Source: Massalongia carnosa
Lineage: Eukaryota
NCBI GenBank assembly: GCA_965645245.1
Contig: OZ287078.1
Span: forward strand, 1,240,001 to 1,304,000
Reading direction: 5' to 3'
Length of the DNA stretch: 64,000 nt
Under the pieces are notes generated by a model. The model was not told where the DNA came from. It made no database searches and saw nothing but the letters and a program-made list of their open reading frames with translations. A program made the position numbers and the translations under genes. Every line of letters starts with the position of its first letter. Positions within the stretch are counted from its first letter, which is position 1. Shown one piece after another: positions 1-11,021 of this stretch.

Positions 1-1329
1 ATTAGGCATGTAGTCGATACCCTAAGAAATAGCAGATCATTCCTACCGACGCCTACGGAGAGCCCGATCTCCTCAAAAGCATGTACTTGGCATACATTCG
101 CTCATAAATTCCGGCACAAAACTGGAAGTTTTAACTTTGATTCATCCAGTTCCCTTACTTCGCCGGAAGTCATACCTACAGGGGTATTGTATTGAGGCTC
201 AGCGGTTGTTGAAGACATTGGATAGGGAGGGACATCGCTGTACGAGCCTGCACTTATATAAGCACGAAGGCTAGAAGATAGCCCTGAATCATAATAGACA
301 AGGACGGGTTGTGTTGGACGTATGACCTGCAAAGTATAAACGATAGCATCCGCTCTGAACTCTGTTCAGCCCTCCTAATTACGGTGATTCCTGGAGTGAC
401 GAGCCTTCCGGTCCTACCGCTACACAACCAAGTACAGCAGCAATCACGGCTGTCCTAGTCTCAGGATACAACGCCTCTAGGGCGCACCAGGAAGGTTTGA
501 CGGCCAGCCTTCTTACTTCTCTTAGCCAGCAGCAGAGGCCGTACATCAATCTTTCAAGCCTCATCGCAATAGCCACCGTAAACCCCGGTTTCGGAACTAT
601 CACTCTCTAACGATACGTTCCCACCCATCCAGCAGCAAATAGCAACAATCGACCATCCCGCCTGTCTTATCTTTGAAGCCTGCTCTGGATAGCATCCATT
701 GGAGAATCCAACCCTCACCCCGACCCAACCGAAGCTTATGGTAGCGCGAATACATCAAGAAGTACTCCAAGCACGATCTGTACCGCAGTTGCAGCGTAAG
801 GGAAGCAAATGCGCACTATTCCCATTGCTCATTCAGGCCTGCGCCACATCGCAAGTATCCAATTGTCTAGTCTTACTCCTGAGGCTACTGGGTACGCTGC
901 TACTAACACCACGAGTCTGTCACCCTCGCCGACAGAGGAAAGCGAGGATTGTGAATGAGCTAAGCGCTAGATAAATATGCAGGTCTTGCAAAGAGATGAT
1001 TATTGCGGTGATCAGTGTATAGTTTAGGTTGATAGTGCTGTAATGGATATGTATTGTAAGGGTCCTTGTTGACTTTGTAGATTGGAGAACTCGCAATAGG
1101 AAAGGAGGATTTATTTCCTTAGGGAACTCCATGAATGAAATTCTATACTTACTTCGTACATCACCCATGCCTATATTAAGAATGTGGTGTTGCTATAACA
1201 AAAGTTCGCAGCCCTAGCCATCAAACGCATAAGTATCCACTGCCTATTTAGTCCTAGCGCCCGCCCCGCCTTCCGAACATCCACCTCTGACGCCCTGGGC
1301 CCAATCTCCTAACGTCAAAATACCTAACC

Positions 1330-2125
1330 ATGTCCACGATTCTACGGACCTTCCGTAACCTACGCAAGATAGGCATCAAGGAGTACGCGCATCAGCTGCA
1401 GAACATTGGCGACACCAAAGCTGGAACCTACATCGCCACTGACCGCTTCGGCAACAAGTACTACGAGAACCTCGAACAGGAGCTTCCTTGTCAGTTTTTT
1501 GCCCTTCCCTCCCCGTCCTGTCAGGCGTCATTTTCAGATACTACCGCTTTATACGTGCGAGCAGTTGACGTTGTTTTTGCTGACCCTCCCCTAGTACGGA
1601 CTCGATGGGTGGATTATAAAGAGCAGGAGTACAGCCCGTTCGCCTCTCCTCCTTCGACCACTAGCTTCTCAAAAAAATTAAAATGCTGACCCTACGTTCC
1701 CCTTCCTCGCAGTGACCACATCGAACCCGGTTGGCACGCTTGGATGTCCTACATGGTTGACAAGCCCCCCACCGAAGACGCGCTGCTGCGGACTGGCCAG
1801 CGCCCGTGGGAGCTTCAGGAGCATAGACCTAACCTGACGGCTACTCGGGCGGCGTATAAGACCTATTCCACGTAAGTCGATTAATTGGTTCTTCGAAGGG
1901 TGTGGTTCTGTAAAGGGAGAATGTGAAAAATACATTGTAAATGGTTTGGGAGAATGTCCTCTACAGAAAGAGGAGGAACTTCCTCTTCGCCAACTCCTTT
2001 TCTCAACGGCTCTTAGATCCCCCCTAGAATACGAAAGTACTCCGTGGACTTGAATCCCGCTAATCAGTACGAATAGGACAAAGCCAAAACACGACGCCTG
2101 GGTGCCTGTAGCCAAACCCCAATGA
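1330..2125 (+). CDS. NDUFA12: NADH:ubiquinone oxidoreductase subunit NDUFA12 (B17.2/N7BM), 4 exons (approx. 1330-1490, 1595-1637, 1713-1871, 2077-2125)
   Basis: MSTILRTFRNLRKIGIKEY..IGDTKAGTYIATDRFGNKYYEN; splicing gives RTRWVDYK..HIEPGWHAWMSY..PNLT....AYKTYSTTKPKHDAWVPVAKPQ*. GT..AG introns with ctgac/ctaat branch sites. Confidence 0.93.
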
Positions 2126-3299
2126 CATCCCGTGCTAGAAAGTTTCGAAAAGAGTGTTCATTGAGCTGTTCCTAAGAGGATAGTACGACAAAGGTAAAAC
2201 ATAAAAGCGGTCTCGACTAAAAGCAAGACTTCTTTATGCATAGGTATATAATTATGGACCTACTCTAGATAGGTACCCTACCAAGGACCGCAGGCGTTTC
2301 TTCTTTTCAAGGGAGGGTGAGGTGAGGATAGGCCGAGTGCTTCGTCGTCGTCAAGGAATCGAAATTATCGTATCGACTTTACCTAGGTATGGGGACCGCG
2401 GCGGGGAGTCATGGGGGTGTTTCTCGCAGCAGCGGGCTTACATAATTTAATACCTGTGTAAGTAGATAAGATACGATGTGCGAAGAGATGTTAAGAGGGA
2501 GTATGGATCTAACCTCCATAGGGTTGATGAAGCATCGATTCTTTCTAAAAAAATCATATATCTACTCTATCAATCTATCTATCAATCCATCTGCCCACGA
2601 CCGACCGAGCGCACGCGAGCATTCTCCCATCATCCCATTAATCAGTCAAGTCTATTACAGGAAATTGTTTGTTTGATGTAGGTAGTGGTTGTGCCAAGAA
2701 GTTAACTTGGTTGCTCGAGGATACCTCAGCAGGCGGGGCGGGTTAATCCCGTTACAAAGGCCTCTGCCCAAGGCTGGCGAAGTCTAGGCAGCAGACGGGG
2801 CTTAAGGTGTTGAAAAAAGACGAGGGCAAGATGAAATCGCTTCTTTTGGTCTAGCACTAAATATTTCTATTCGAATTCAGATGTAGCTACAGCTACGACG
2901 CCGACTAGCTAAGGCCGAATAGCTTATTATTAGATACTGGCAGTGTCGGCCTTGTTCTCGTGCTTCATCTCTTTTTTCCATCGCGTTCTCTTTATGTCAT
3001 AGCGATCCTGAACAGCGAAAAAAAATTGGACCATGAGCTTGATTTGCTTGCAAGAGGCCCAAAATTGTCCCAACCTCCTGTCACTCATCAGCTCATTTCG
3101 GATGACAGGTGAAAGTTGCAATCGTCTACCACCTGTCTTTCTTGGCGTAATGCTGACTAGAATGTCGCTGTCTCGACGACGGGAGCGTCGCTCCACCGGT
3201 TTCCAAAAAGCACGCTTCTGATAGCGTCCATACCACTTGCTTTCGAGCAATCGGTCTTAGCGTCCTCAACTGGACACCTTGGGCACAAAAACTTCAATG

Positions 3300-4858
3300 A
3301 GCCCCCAAAATTAATCCTCCGACATAGTTGGAAAGTTGTCCTGGCTCGAAACGTGGTGCATGTGATTCCAGTGAGTGGAGCTGTAGCAATTGCGTACCTC
3401 AGCATCGCCGGATTATACCTTGGAGCTTCATTTGAGAATGTGGCAGCATTGCGGTTTGCAGCGAAGCTGCATGAAATCTTCATGGTCGCGTCCTTGACTC
3501 AGATCGTCCTCTACCTGGTCCGCAACGAGCTGGTCTCTGAAGGTGGCCTGCCATTTGGAGCGCTTGTGTCCGGTCTCCAAGTCTCCTAGCTAAACCATAT
3601 TAGTGGCGGTGCAAGCCGCTTGACAAGCTTTACAAACGTTTTGCACACGGTGGAGTCAGTGCAACCGTTCGTTGTGGTGGATTGCGGAGCCAGCGGCTTC
3701 ATAGAGGGTCTGCAGGATGAGAGACTAATAACCATCTGTTCGCGCCTTCCAAATGCAGTAATGGGTGACGATTGGTATCAGGCTATCAATCTCACGACCA
3801 TAAGTCCATCGGAGATCTTCAACATAGCGGAAGACCCTAGTAATCCACGCGTCGTCTTTATTGATCTGCCACCTACATCATTCAACGAAACAACCCTTGG
3901 TATCATTCTTCTAAAGGCTCAAGATCCGGAAAACATGACGCAACCTTATCAAACATGTTTGGTTGCAGCTGGGTGGGATCGATCACAAAATAACGCTACC
4001 GATCCCAGAGGAATACTTGGGATAGATGCCTTGGGGAAATCAGTCACGAGTACAGGCTTTCGTCTCCTTATCTTGAAGACATTAATTCGAATTATTTCTT
4101 TGCAGAATTCCTCCTTCAGCAAATCTCTCTGTCAAAGGCGTGGGCGGACTTGACAAATCCATTTATAACAGCTCAATGCAACGGTCTTCAGCGCTATGAG
4201 CGCACTCAACGGCAATGCGACCCGAGGCGACGCCGGAGACTACCTTAACCTGGATGTAGTTGCTCAATCATCCGGTATTCAGTCCTTATGCGAAGACCTC
4301 TTTAGCATCTATCATTGCTAATGTTCTCTCAAATTTAGGACTTAACTTTACCTTGCAAGGAACGTCACAAATTTTGCGGATTCTCCGTTCGCCAATGGTC
4401 AGCCATGAATCTTGCATGATCAAGAATTTTTCACGGTTGAGCCGCAAGAGAGCGCAGATTGGGTGCTACTTAAAATAAATTCTTATGTTAATGGGTTTTC
4501 ATATAACTCTGACGGTTTCCTCGTCAAAGTCGCTCTCGGGATCCTCCTCTCATATTGTCTGATGGCTACCATCTTTGTCATCTATACAACTGTAAGGGGC
4601 ATCAGCTCCTCTTCTTGGAACTCCGTGTTGGAGCTAACGGCGCTGGCTATGAACTCTCCACCAGCCAGAGAACTGAACAATACCTGTAGGGGAGTTGCAA
4701 GCTTGAATACCTATAAGATTCTTGCCAGAGTGGTAGCGACAAACGACGAAGGACAGTCAGAAAACAACTTTGCCGGACATGCACAATTTATTTTCCTTCA
4801 TCGCGGAGATGAGCCTTCGATAACCGAGATAATTTTAACGAAGTATATTGAGCACTAA
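3300..4858 (+). pseudogene. Disrupted gene of an uncharacterised fungal multi-pass membrane protein family
   Basis: Collinear fragments in different frames (3353-3589 ALRFAAKLHEIFMVASL..GLPFGAL; 3620-4153; 4260-4478; 4412-4858 GFSY..VKVALGILLSY..GISSSSWNSVLELTALAMNSPP..LNNT) separated by stops and frameshifts. 5' boundary approximate. Confidence 0.6.
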
Positions 4859-6332
4859 CTGCGAAACGATAATACAATACTTTCCCTCATCTCTGCCGAT
4901 ATTACGATGGACTAAGAGTTACGAACTGACTCTTACAAATAGACATTTTAGAGCTACTAAGTCTTATCGCTGCAAACGAGTTTTCGCAAAATGGCTTTGA
5001 CAGACTTCAAATGGACCGATATTTTTCACGCAGTTGCGGCTAAGAATGTCGATGCCCGACTTAAGTCAATTATGCCTGCGTAGGGCATGAAGGCAACGAT
5101 ACGTTCGACTAGAGCTGGAGAAAGGGAGCACAATCAACAAAGCAAGGAGAGTAATGAGTGAAAGGCAAAAATGGTTTCGCAGTTCACAGGTATAGAAAGA
5201 CAGTATCCGAGGAAGAGAGATTGAGTGAAGGGAACTCATTTACAAACAGCATAGTAGCTTTCTGATTAGAAAGAGTAGAGTTCCTTAAGCGAATGGGGAC
5301 CAGAAATAAATTCTCTAGCGACCGAAAAAAGCTCAAATAAGTCGATGCATCCAAGCAGCAAGGCCAAGTCAGACTCGGATAGCACCTTGAATCATGCTTA
5401 TCTTTTGAATGAAGACAGCAGAGCCCATGGGCCAAGACCCTGGCCGATGTACGAGGTGCGTAAAGCAACAGCTAGACCGTCCCAAGGCAGTGCTTCAAAC
5501 GCCATAAAAAATCTACCCCCTAAACGAGATGTTAGACATAGTATTGCACATATCAGGACGACTTAGATCTGCACCGTCCATGTCTTAGACCCCCCGAGAT
5601 TGTCCTACGGGCAATGCGCGAGGCAGCCTAAACTGTAAATACAATGTGAACCAAAATGAGTATAAGTAGCGGGCAGCAGGCGGTCTCTCGTTTGTTGATA
5701 AATAACGTAGGCACTTGAAGCCGGGGGTAAACGGAGCCAGTTCAGGCTTCTAGTGTAGGACCCTGCTTCCCTTTCCGAACCAAAACAGTAATTGGCAATC
5801 CTAAGTTCGGGGTATATATAATATATATATATATTTTTTTTTGGCTTTTTCCCCCCTTCCCCCCCCCTTTCTCGTTCCCCAACCCACCCGTCTAAATAAT
5901 CATTCAAGGGGTAAAATCTATCTAGGTATTTCTTTGTTCTTTCTTCTTTCTTTCTTTACATTTCCCCTTTCTCCAACCAGCTTCCTACATAATTGTAAAT
6001 ATATAGATACCTGTATATCTCTTCTCTCTTCTCTCTGCCTCTTTAGTAGAAAGGCGAAAGTGAAACAGCACTGAACTGCAGCCTGGGAATGGATTAAGGG
6101 GAGGGGAAGGGACGTACTCGAGCTGGTAGGTAACTAATTCTTTGACCCTCCCCCAAAAAAGTGGCCAGGGTGGGTTATTATTCTTAATACCCTATACACA
6201 AGTGGTCACATGGTCTAGCGAGATGACGATCCAATCAATCGATAAATAAAGCGTTTGTTGTTATTATTATTATAATATCGAAAGCTTTTAGACTAATTAG
6301 GGGGCTTTGGAACCCCAAATTCCAAGAGGTAG

Positions 6333-6485
6333 GTAGGGACAGTAGTATCCAAGACGGTCGTCAATCTTGAGTAATGGGAAAAAGAAAGAGGTAGGGACAG
6401 AAATATCCGAGACGTCGTCAATCTTCAGTAATGAAAAAAAGGAGTGACAGGAGTATCCAGGGCATCATCAATCTTCAGTGATGGA
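6333..6485. repeat. Three degenerate tandem copies of a 50-58 bp unit (GTAGGGACAG..TATCC..GTCAATCTTCAGTAATG)
   Basis: Unit starts at 6333, 6391 and 6441, read directly from the sequence. Confidence 0.8.
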
Positions 6486-6504
6486 CGAGGGGAATCATCC
6501 TCCC

Positions 6505-7533
6505 TCAAGCCCCATAATCAACCCTCGACACCCTTCCGCCAACCTTGAAATTGCCACTTGCATATCCCTGCGCGCCGCCGTTGGAAGTCACATACAAACT
6601 CTGCCTATCGCTCCTCCCGCGCCCAAACCTCGCCGCCGTGGTCCCTACAAGCCCGGCGACATCGTTAGAATTCACTAGCACGGTCACGCTCCCCGCGCCT
6701 CCGCGCGGCAAGAAGTTCAGCTGGTTGGGCCCCTCCTGTGTGATTAAGAAGTCTCCGTTCTGACTGATGGCGAAGTCGTTAGGCGTGTTGATGTTGGCTA
6801 CGATCTGTGCTTTCCCACGAGGGGTGCCGTCGGCATTGATGGAGATTTGGCCGAGGATGTTTTGGGCCGTGTTGGTGAAATAGAGAACGTCGGAGTAGAC
6901 GTTAAGTCCGTTAACCCCGATGGCGGCATTTGTTGCGCCGGGAACATTTTTCAGTAGCACGTCGTCCACAACGGTTTCAAGCTCTTTGGTGTGCGTGTTA
7001 AGCCTGTAGATGAGGCCCAAGCCTGAATCGGCGATGAGGAAGGTCCCGGCTTCGCGGTCCAACGATGTCAATCCGTTAAGGACTGCCGCCTCGGGAAGAT
7101 CGATAAATTTAGAAATCTGTGCTCCGGTATTGCTTTCATACTGAAAGTTGTTCAAGTCGACTCTCCAAACGGCGTAGCTGCCGGGAGTAGCTTTATTCGT
7201 TTGGACGGAGTAATCGCCGCCGAGGACGTAGAAGATGTCTTGTTCTGCTTCTGCGATGCCAAGTAGCCCAGATACGGATGGGAACGAAGCTATTTGGAGA
7301 GGCTGGTCTATGCGTAAAGGATCGACCAGTACAAGATCGGGGGTGCTGAGGACTGTGGCAAGGATTTGTCCGTTGGCGCGGACGGCAAGATTCTAAAGCC
7401 AAGTTCCAAAGGGAAATTCATGGACGACTTGAACTGATGTATGACGATAGTTCCCTGCACGAGGAGCTGTGGGGTTTGCAATGGTGGTAGCAAGAAACGG
7501 CAGAAAGCCAGCGACCAACGAGATGAGACGCAT
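6505..7533 (-). pseudogene. Secreted six-bladed beta-propeller (SMP-30/gluconolactonase/TolB-like; resembles the asR5/EupF hetero-Diels-Alderase-like family) with a single in-frame TAG at 7393-7395
   Basis: One intronless frame from ATG 7533: signal peptide MRLISLVAGFLPFLATTIA, then HEFPFGTWL*NLAVRANGQILAT, GLLGIAE, GSYAVWRVD, LNG, LIADS, GVNG, LYFTNT, TAARFGR, LYVTSNGG. The TAG replaces the E of the expected WxENLAVR motif. Confidence 0.8.
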
Positions 7534-8459
7534 GATGTGATAAGCTCTGCCTGGTAGTTGTCAAAAAGATCTTTTTATGTTGATCGCATTTGTTGCAAGC
7601 TTTCTTCTTTGAAGCCACACCAGACCGATATTCTGGATGGCCTTCTTGTGTTTTATACTCCGATCCTTTCTTAGCATTTCCCCCGCTACTCCATATTTCT
7701 GACGTGAGCTCACTTCTGATCTAAAGGATGCAAAGCAAAAACGTAATGGTGCAAATGAAACATCCTAGCGCGCAGCAACGAATGCAAAAAAAGGACCACC
7801 TATATGAGATTACCAATCCCTTGGTAATCTCGGAATTCGGTTGATGATGGTATAGCACGGGCTCCTGAAGACGTGGTTCTTCTTCGTTCGTCATAAACTT
7901 AATCAATCTATGCTTCATGCAAGTACGTTGAAGCGAAAAGCAACGATTCTCTTCTAACCGATCGCAAGAGACGAGAGAAGGTGAAATGAAAGAACTGGAG
8001 CCTAAAAATTCATAGAATGACCATACATACTTGCAAATCAACAGTTTGCCTTGCGTCGGCTATTGAAAAAGACATGATATCCGCTAAAATCTCGATTATG
8101 ATGACCACCATGGCTTGGGAATAAACCTTCAGACCATGATTAGCCACATGCAGTTTAACAGCCACGCCTAAAGATTGTTCCTGTTGTATGAACTAAGGCC
8201 GAACAGAAGGCGGTTGTAACGCGAGTGCATACACGAATAACGCTGGGGCTGATGGGGTTAATGGGGTTGAGGGTTGACTCTGAAGTTGATTGGATGATGT
8301 CATAACCGCAGCTGCCAAGACTCTCAAACGCGCGGGTATTTTCAACGGAAAATAATTATTCCGATTCTTCAACGAAATTATTCAAACCACCTCACCAGGC
8401 CACAATCAAATTCACAAACCCCAAACCCTTGAGCTTCCCCCATTGGCCTCTCGAAGCAA

Positions 8460-10103
8460 ATGCTTGCCCGGCGTCTCGGGCAAACCTCACAGCGATTCCT
8501 CCTTCATACCAGATGCCAACAGTCATGGCGCCTACACCGCAGCAGGTCATATTCTTCCTCGACACCACATCCCCCCGCACAGAACTCCTCAAACCCCTCA
8601 GTTCTAGCCGGAATAGAAGCAGAGCTCGACCGTATTGCGCCCAGAATCGATGTTCATGCCTATCAAATCGAAGTGCTCGACAGCCCCGCGCAGTTCTACG
8701 AGACGCTGAAACGTAAGATCCTTGCCGCAAAGCGCAGGATCTATCTCTCAACTCTCTACATCGGCAAATCCGAGCACGAGCTGGTCGCCACCCTGCGGCA
8801 AGCCCTGATCAACAGAGGCCCTGATCTAAAAGTCTCAATCCTCACTGATGCGCTACGTGGCACTCGCGAATCCCCGGAACCCTCTTCCGCGTCCTTGCTT
8901 GCAACCCTCGCAGCCGAGTTCCCTACCCAGGTGGAGATCCGCATGTATCATACCCCCAACTTGACGGGGCTTCGGAAACGCCTGGTGCCCCGACGCATCA
9001 ATGAAGGGTGGGGTCTGCAGCACATGAAGCTGTACGGCTTCGATAATGATGTCATCCTGAGCGGCGCCAACCTTTCAAATGATTACTTCACCAACCGCCA
9101 AGACCGCTACCACGTCTTCAGCTCCAAGCGCGTCACAGAATACTTTGCTCGCATCCATCACGCAGTCTGCAGCGTCAGCTTCCTGCTTCTCCCAACCCCA
9201 ACATCTTATACCCTTACCTGGCCAGACTCAAACCCAGCTCCTTCCCCGCTCCTGGATCCCCAAGCCTACCGAAAAGCCATAACCGCTCTCCTTCTTCCTC
9301 TTGCATCGCCATCATCCTCTCTTTCTCCCAAAACGGCACCAGAAAAAAATACAACAAACACTTCAATCTACCCGCTCTTTTCCATCCCCCCAACCCTCAA
9401 CACAGAACTTCCCGCCCTCCGCACACTCCTTTTCCCCTCCCAAAACAATGCCTCCAAAACCCCTCAAATCCACAGTTACACCTTTACAGCTGGCTATTTC
9501 AACCCCCACCCCCTCATCACCTCCGCCCTCATCGCCCGCTGCCTTCCCCCCAACCCCAACTCTAACCTCACCACCCCAGCCACCATCACGAGCGGCACCA
9601 TCCTCACCGCCTCCCCATTCGCCAATGGATTTTACAACTCGACAGGAATCTCCGGCCTTCTCCCAGCAGCCTACACGCACCTAGCACTCACCTTCCTCCG
9701 CGCCGCTCGCGGCGCCAACATCCAGTTGCGGGAATGGCAGCACGGCACGGTCGGCGAGCTGGGCGGCTGGACCTATCACGCCAAGGGGCTATGGCTGACT
9801 TTTGCCCTTCCTCTTCCTCCCTCTCCCTCATCCCCCATCTCCAATTCCCATCCCAACCCCACCATCACATCCCTCGGCTCTTCCAACTACACGACCCGGA
9901 GCTACAGCCTGGACCTCGAAGCCGGCGCTCTCGTCCTCACGCACGACGCCCGCCTAGCTGCAGCGTGGGAGCACGAGCGGATGGGGCTCCTGGCGCGCTC
10001 GGGGCCGGTGGATGAGGCCGAGTTGGGCCGAGAGGGGAGGAGGGCCGGGTGGAGGGTTCGGGCGGCGATGTGGGTTGTGGGCATTTTGGGGGGGGCATTG
10101 TAA
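8460..10103 (+). CDS. PGS1: Mitochondrial CDP-diacylglycerol--glycerol-3-phosphate 3-phosphatidyltransferase (phospholipase D superfamily)
   Basis: 547 aa intronless ORF; Arg/Ser-rich presequence; RRIYLSTLYIG, DALRGTR, GWGLQHMKLYGFD, GANLSNDYFTNRQDRY, GWTYHAKGLW, GSSNYTTRSYSLDLE. Confidence 0.95.
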   Translation: MLARRLGQTSQRFLLHTRCQQSWRLHRSRSYSSSTPHPPAQNSSNPSVLAGIEAELDRIAPRIDVHAYQIEVLDSPAQFYETLKRKILAAKRRIYLSTLYIGKSEHELVATLRQALINRGPDLKVSILTDALRGTRESPEPSSASLLATLAAEFPTQVEIRMYHTPNLTGLRKRLVPRRINEGWGLQHMKLYGFDNDVILSGANLSNDYFTNRQDRYHVFSSKRVTEYFARIHHAVCSVSFLLLPTPTSYTLTWPDSNPAPSPLLDPQAYRKAITALLLPLASPSSSLSPKTAPEKNTTNTSIYPLFSIPPTLNTELPALRTLLFPSQNNASKTPQIHSYTFTAGYFNPHPLITSALIARCLPPNPNSNLTTPATITSGTILTASPFANGFYNSTGISGLLPAAYTHLALTFLRAARGANIQLREWQHGTVGELGGWTYHAKGLWLTFALPLPPSPSSPISNSHPNPTITSLGSSNYTTRSYSLDLEAGALVLTHDARLAAAWEHERMGLLARSGPVDEAELGREGRRAGWRVRAAMWVVGILGGAL

Positions 10104-10225
10104 GTCAAAAAGAGGTGGTTTTTCTCTGGAGGGTGTTAAGGGGGAGAGGGCTTTGTGTGTATCATAACAACCACAGTGTAAGAACTTGAATAGGTAGACA
10201 TAAGATACATGGTACATACATCCAT

Positions 10226-10358
<133 letters not shown>

Positions 10359-11021
10359 AACCCACATTCAACCCGTAACGCAACGACCGCTCGTCACCGA
10401 GACGATCGCAAGCGAGAGAGACTACGTAAAAAACGATACAAGACAGAGTACTCTATACAGTAAAAATACAAAAAACCATTAACTATCTATATACACGAAG
10501 CGAACCAACCCCCTTGACCTCCTTAGCAACCAACGCCAACAATCCCACCCCATCAAAACCCCCAAGGGAAAATCCCAACAAACAAGCCCCCACCCAAAAA
10601 CAAGGTACATACCTATCCAGATGCACGCAATCGAAACGCCTCCAAACAGTCAACAACCAGCCCTCGCCCCCCTCCCCAAAATCTCCCCTTCCAAAGCAAA
10701 TTAACAACAAGCTAACCCCTCCATCCCCCTTACAATAACTTTTCAGTCCCATCACCACCCATCTTCAGACACACACACATGCACGCACACATGCACGCAT
10801 GCATATACGCAAAAAATACCATGCAACGGAAAAGTCCCCACCCCTAGCCGGCTAGCACAAAGCGAAAGAAAGAGAAGAAAAAATCTCCCTCATCAATTCT
10901 TCATTCCCCTCAATCGGAAAAGATAAACCTCCATGTCCGGAAAGACTACCCGCTGCGGCCCATGGAATGCTCCCGCTCTGGTCCGGTCTAGTCCAGTCCA
11001 GTCCAACCCAAACAACTCCCA

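Noticed and set aside
102..974. Short ORFs at the window start
   Set aside because: No recognisable motifs or consistent splice structure; may be a remnant extending outside the window.
1872..2076. snoRNA in the long third intron of NDUFA12
   Set aside because: No convincing C/D or H/ACA box arrangement seen.
6333..6485. CRISPR-like array
   Set aside because: Only three degenerate units, no unique spacers, no cas genes, eukaryotic context.
7393..7395. Reassigned TAG codon (alternative genetic code)
   Set aside because: TAG terminates other genes here normally (RPL2, carboxypeptidase, USP, ice-binding protein).
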